The notes beneath the pieces are model-generated. The model had not been told where the DNA came from, ran no database searches, and saw nothing but the letters and a program-made list of their open reading frames with translations. Position numbers and translations under genes: made by a program. Of a stretch of DNA of 37,445 nucleotides, positions 36,670-37,445 are shown one piece after another. Every line of letters starts with the position of its first letter. Position 1 is the first letter of the stretch. This DNA is from a virus (taxonomy: Duplodnaviria; Caudoviricetes). Location of the stretch: positions 1-37,445 of IMG/VR virus record IMGVR_UViG_3300030330_000125; one strand, 5' to 3'.

Positions 36670-36867
36670 TTGTATGTGTTGATTTTTGAAGATATTATAA
36701 TTAATTATGAGAACAAAACAGAAACACCTATTGTTAGAGAAGTACATATTATTGACGGTGTTGTTAAACATATTAATCCAAACGATAAACTTAAAAATTT
36801 AGAGGAGTTTATAGATGGCTCACCTGCTATAAATTATGACTTACAAAAGAATTTTAGTAATAAGTGA
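36670..36867 (+). CDS. Hypothetical protein
   Basis: About 65 aa between lysin and phosphoesterase; start uncertain. Confidence 0.55.
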   Translation: MYVLIFEDIIINYENKTETPIVREVHIIDGVVKHINPNDKLKNLEEFIDGSPAINYDLQKNFSNK

Positions 36868-37445
36868 TTTACATATACCTTACCATCACAAAGATAGTTT
36901 TAACTTTTTACGAGAAATTAAAAAAGAATATAAGCCAGACTTCGTGGTTAATATTGGCGATCTACTTGATTTCCACGCTATATCTATGCACACTCACGAT
37001 CCAGACTTATATTCTGCTGGGCATGAATTAAAAGCATCAAGAAAATTTGTAAAAGAATTAGAAAGCATTTATCCTAAAATGATAGAAGTAGAGAGTAATC
37101 ATAGTAGTTTAGTATATAGACGTGCATTAAAATTTGGTATGTCAAAAGAATTTTTAAAAGATTATGGTGAATTTTTAGGTACAAAAAAATGGCAATGGAT
37201 AGATGATCTTACATTAACAATGAGTAATGGACAAAAATGTTTTTTTACACATGGTAGATCTGCGGATGTATTAAAGGTATCACAAACCATGGGTATGTCA
37301 GCAGTACAAGGCCATTACCATACAAAATTTCTTGTGTCTTGGTGGGCCAATCCAGATAATCTTTTCTTTGCTATGAATGTAGGATGTTTAATAAATCAAA
37401 AATCACAAAGTTTTGCATACGCTAAAAATTTTAAAACTAGATTTA
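36836..37445 (+). CDS. Calcineurin-like metallophosphoesterase, 5' part (233 aa when joined to 158-249; not in track)
   Basis: MTYKRILVISDLHIPY, GDLLD, SNH, THG, GHYH. Confidence 0.92.
   Translation, partial: MTYKRILVISDLHIPYHHKDSFNFLREIKKEYKPDFVVNIGDLLDFHAISMHTHDPDLYSAGHELKASRKFVKELESIYPKMIEVESNHSSLVYRRALKFGMSKEFLKDYGEFLGTKKWQWIDDLTLTMSNGQKCFFTHGRSADVLKVSQTMGMSAVQGHYHTKFLVSWWANPDNLFFAMNVGCLINQKSQSFAYAKNFKTRF
37289..37445. repeat. Terminal direct repeat, right copy
   Basis: Matches 1-157 with one synonymous mismatch. Confidence 0.97.

Noticed and set aside
37289-37445. T7-style fixed physical terminal repeat
   Set aside because: Falls mid-gene and far from terS; assembly overlap or permuted redundancy is more likely.
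1-37445. tRNA, integrase/att site or genetic-code reassignment
   Set aside because: None recognised; long genes are intact under the standard code.

Overview
Apparently complete, AT-rich podovirus genome. Bases 1-157 recur at 37289-37445 with one mismatch, giving a circular/permuted unit of 37,288 bp. Gene content resembles marine SAR11-type (pelagiphage-like) podoviruses; the host is inferred, not proven. Four blocks: (i) minus-strand packaging/virion operon (25229 down to 246: TerS, nuclease, TerL, portal, scaffold, capsid, tail tubular A/B, ejection proteins, tail fibres); (ii) plus-strand small early genes (25314-27165); (iii) minus-strand replication block (32288 down to 27168: Cro-like, DUF1376, RepB-like primase, SF2 helicase, Ref-like nuclease); (iv) plus-strand SSB-like/Cas4-like/lysis block ending in a metallophosphoesterase that spans the junction. 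I recognised no DNA/RNA polymerase, integrase, CI, tRNA or CRISPR. The main unexplained structure is non-coding: a TTAAC-N4-GTTAA operator-like palindrome at four promoter regions (a triple array at one), an origin-like repeat segment detached from its initiator gene, a twin bulged-hairpin capsid leader, a GC-rich structured block after terS, and apparent near-total GANTC avoidance. All assignments are from motif recognition by eye; no searches were run.
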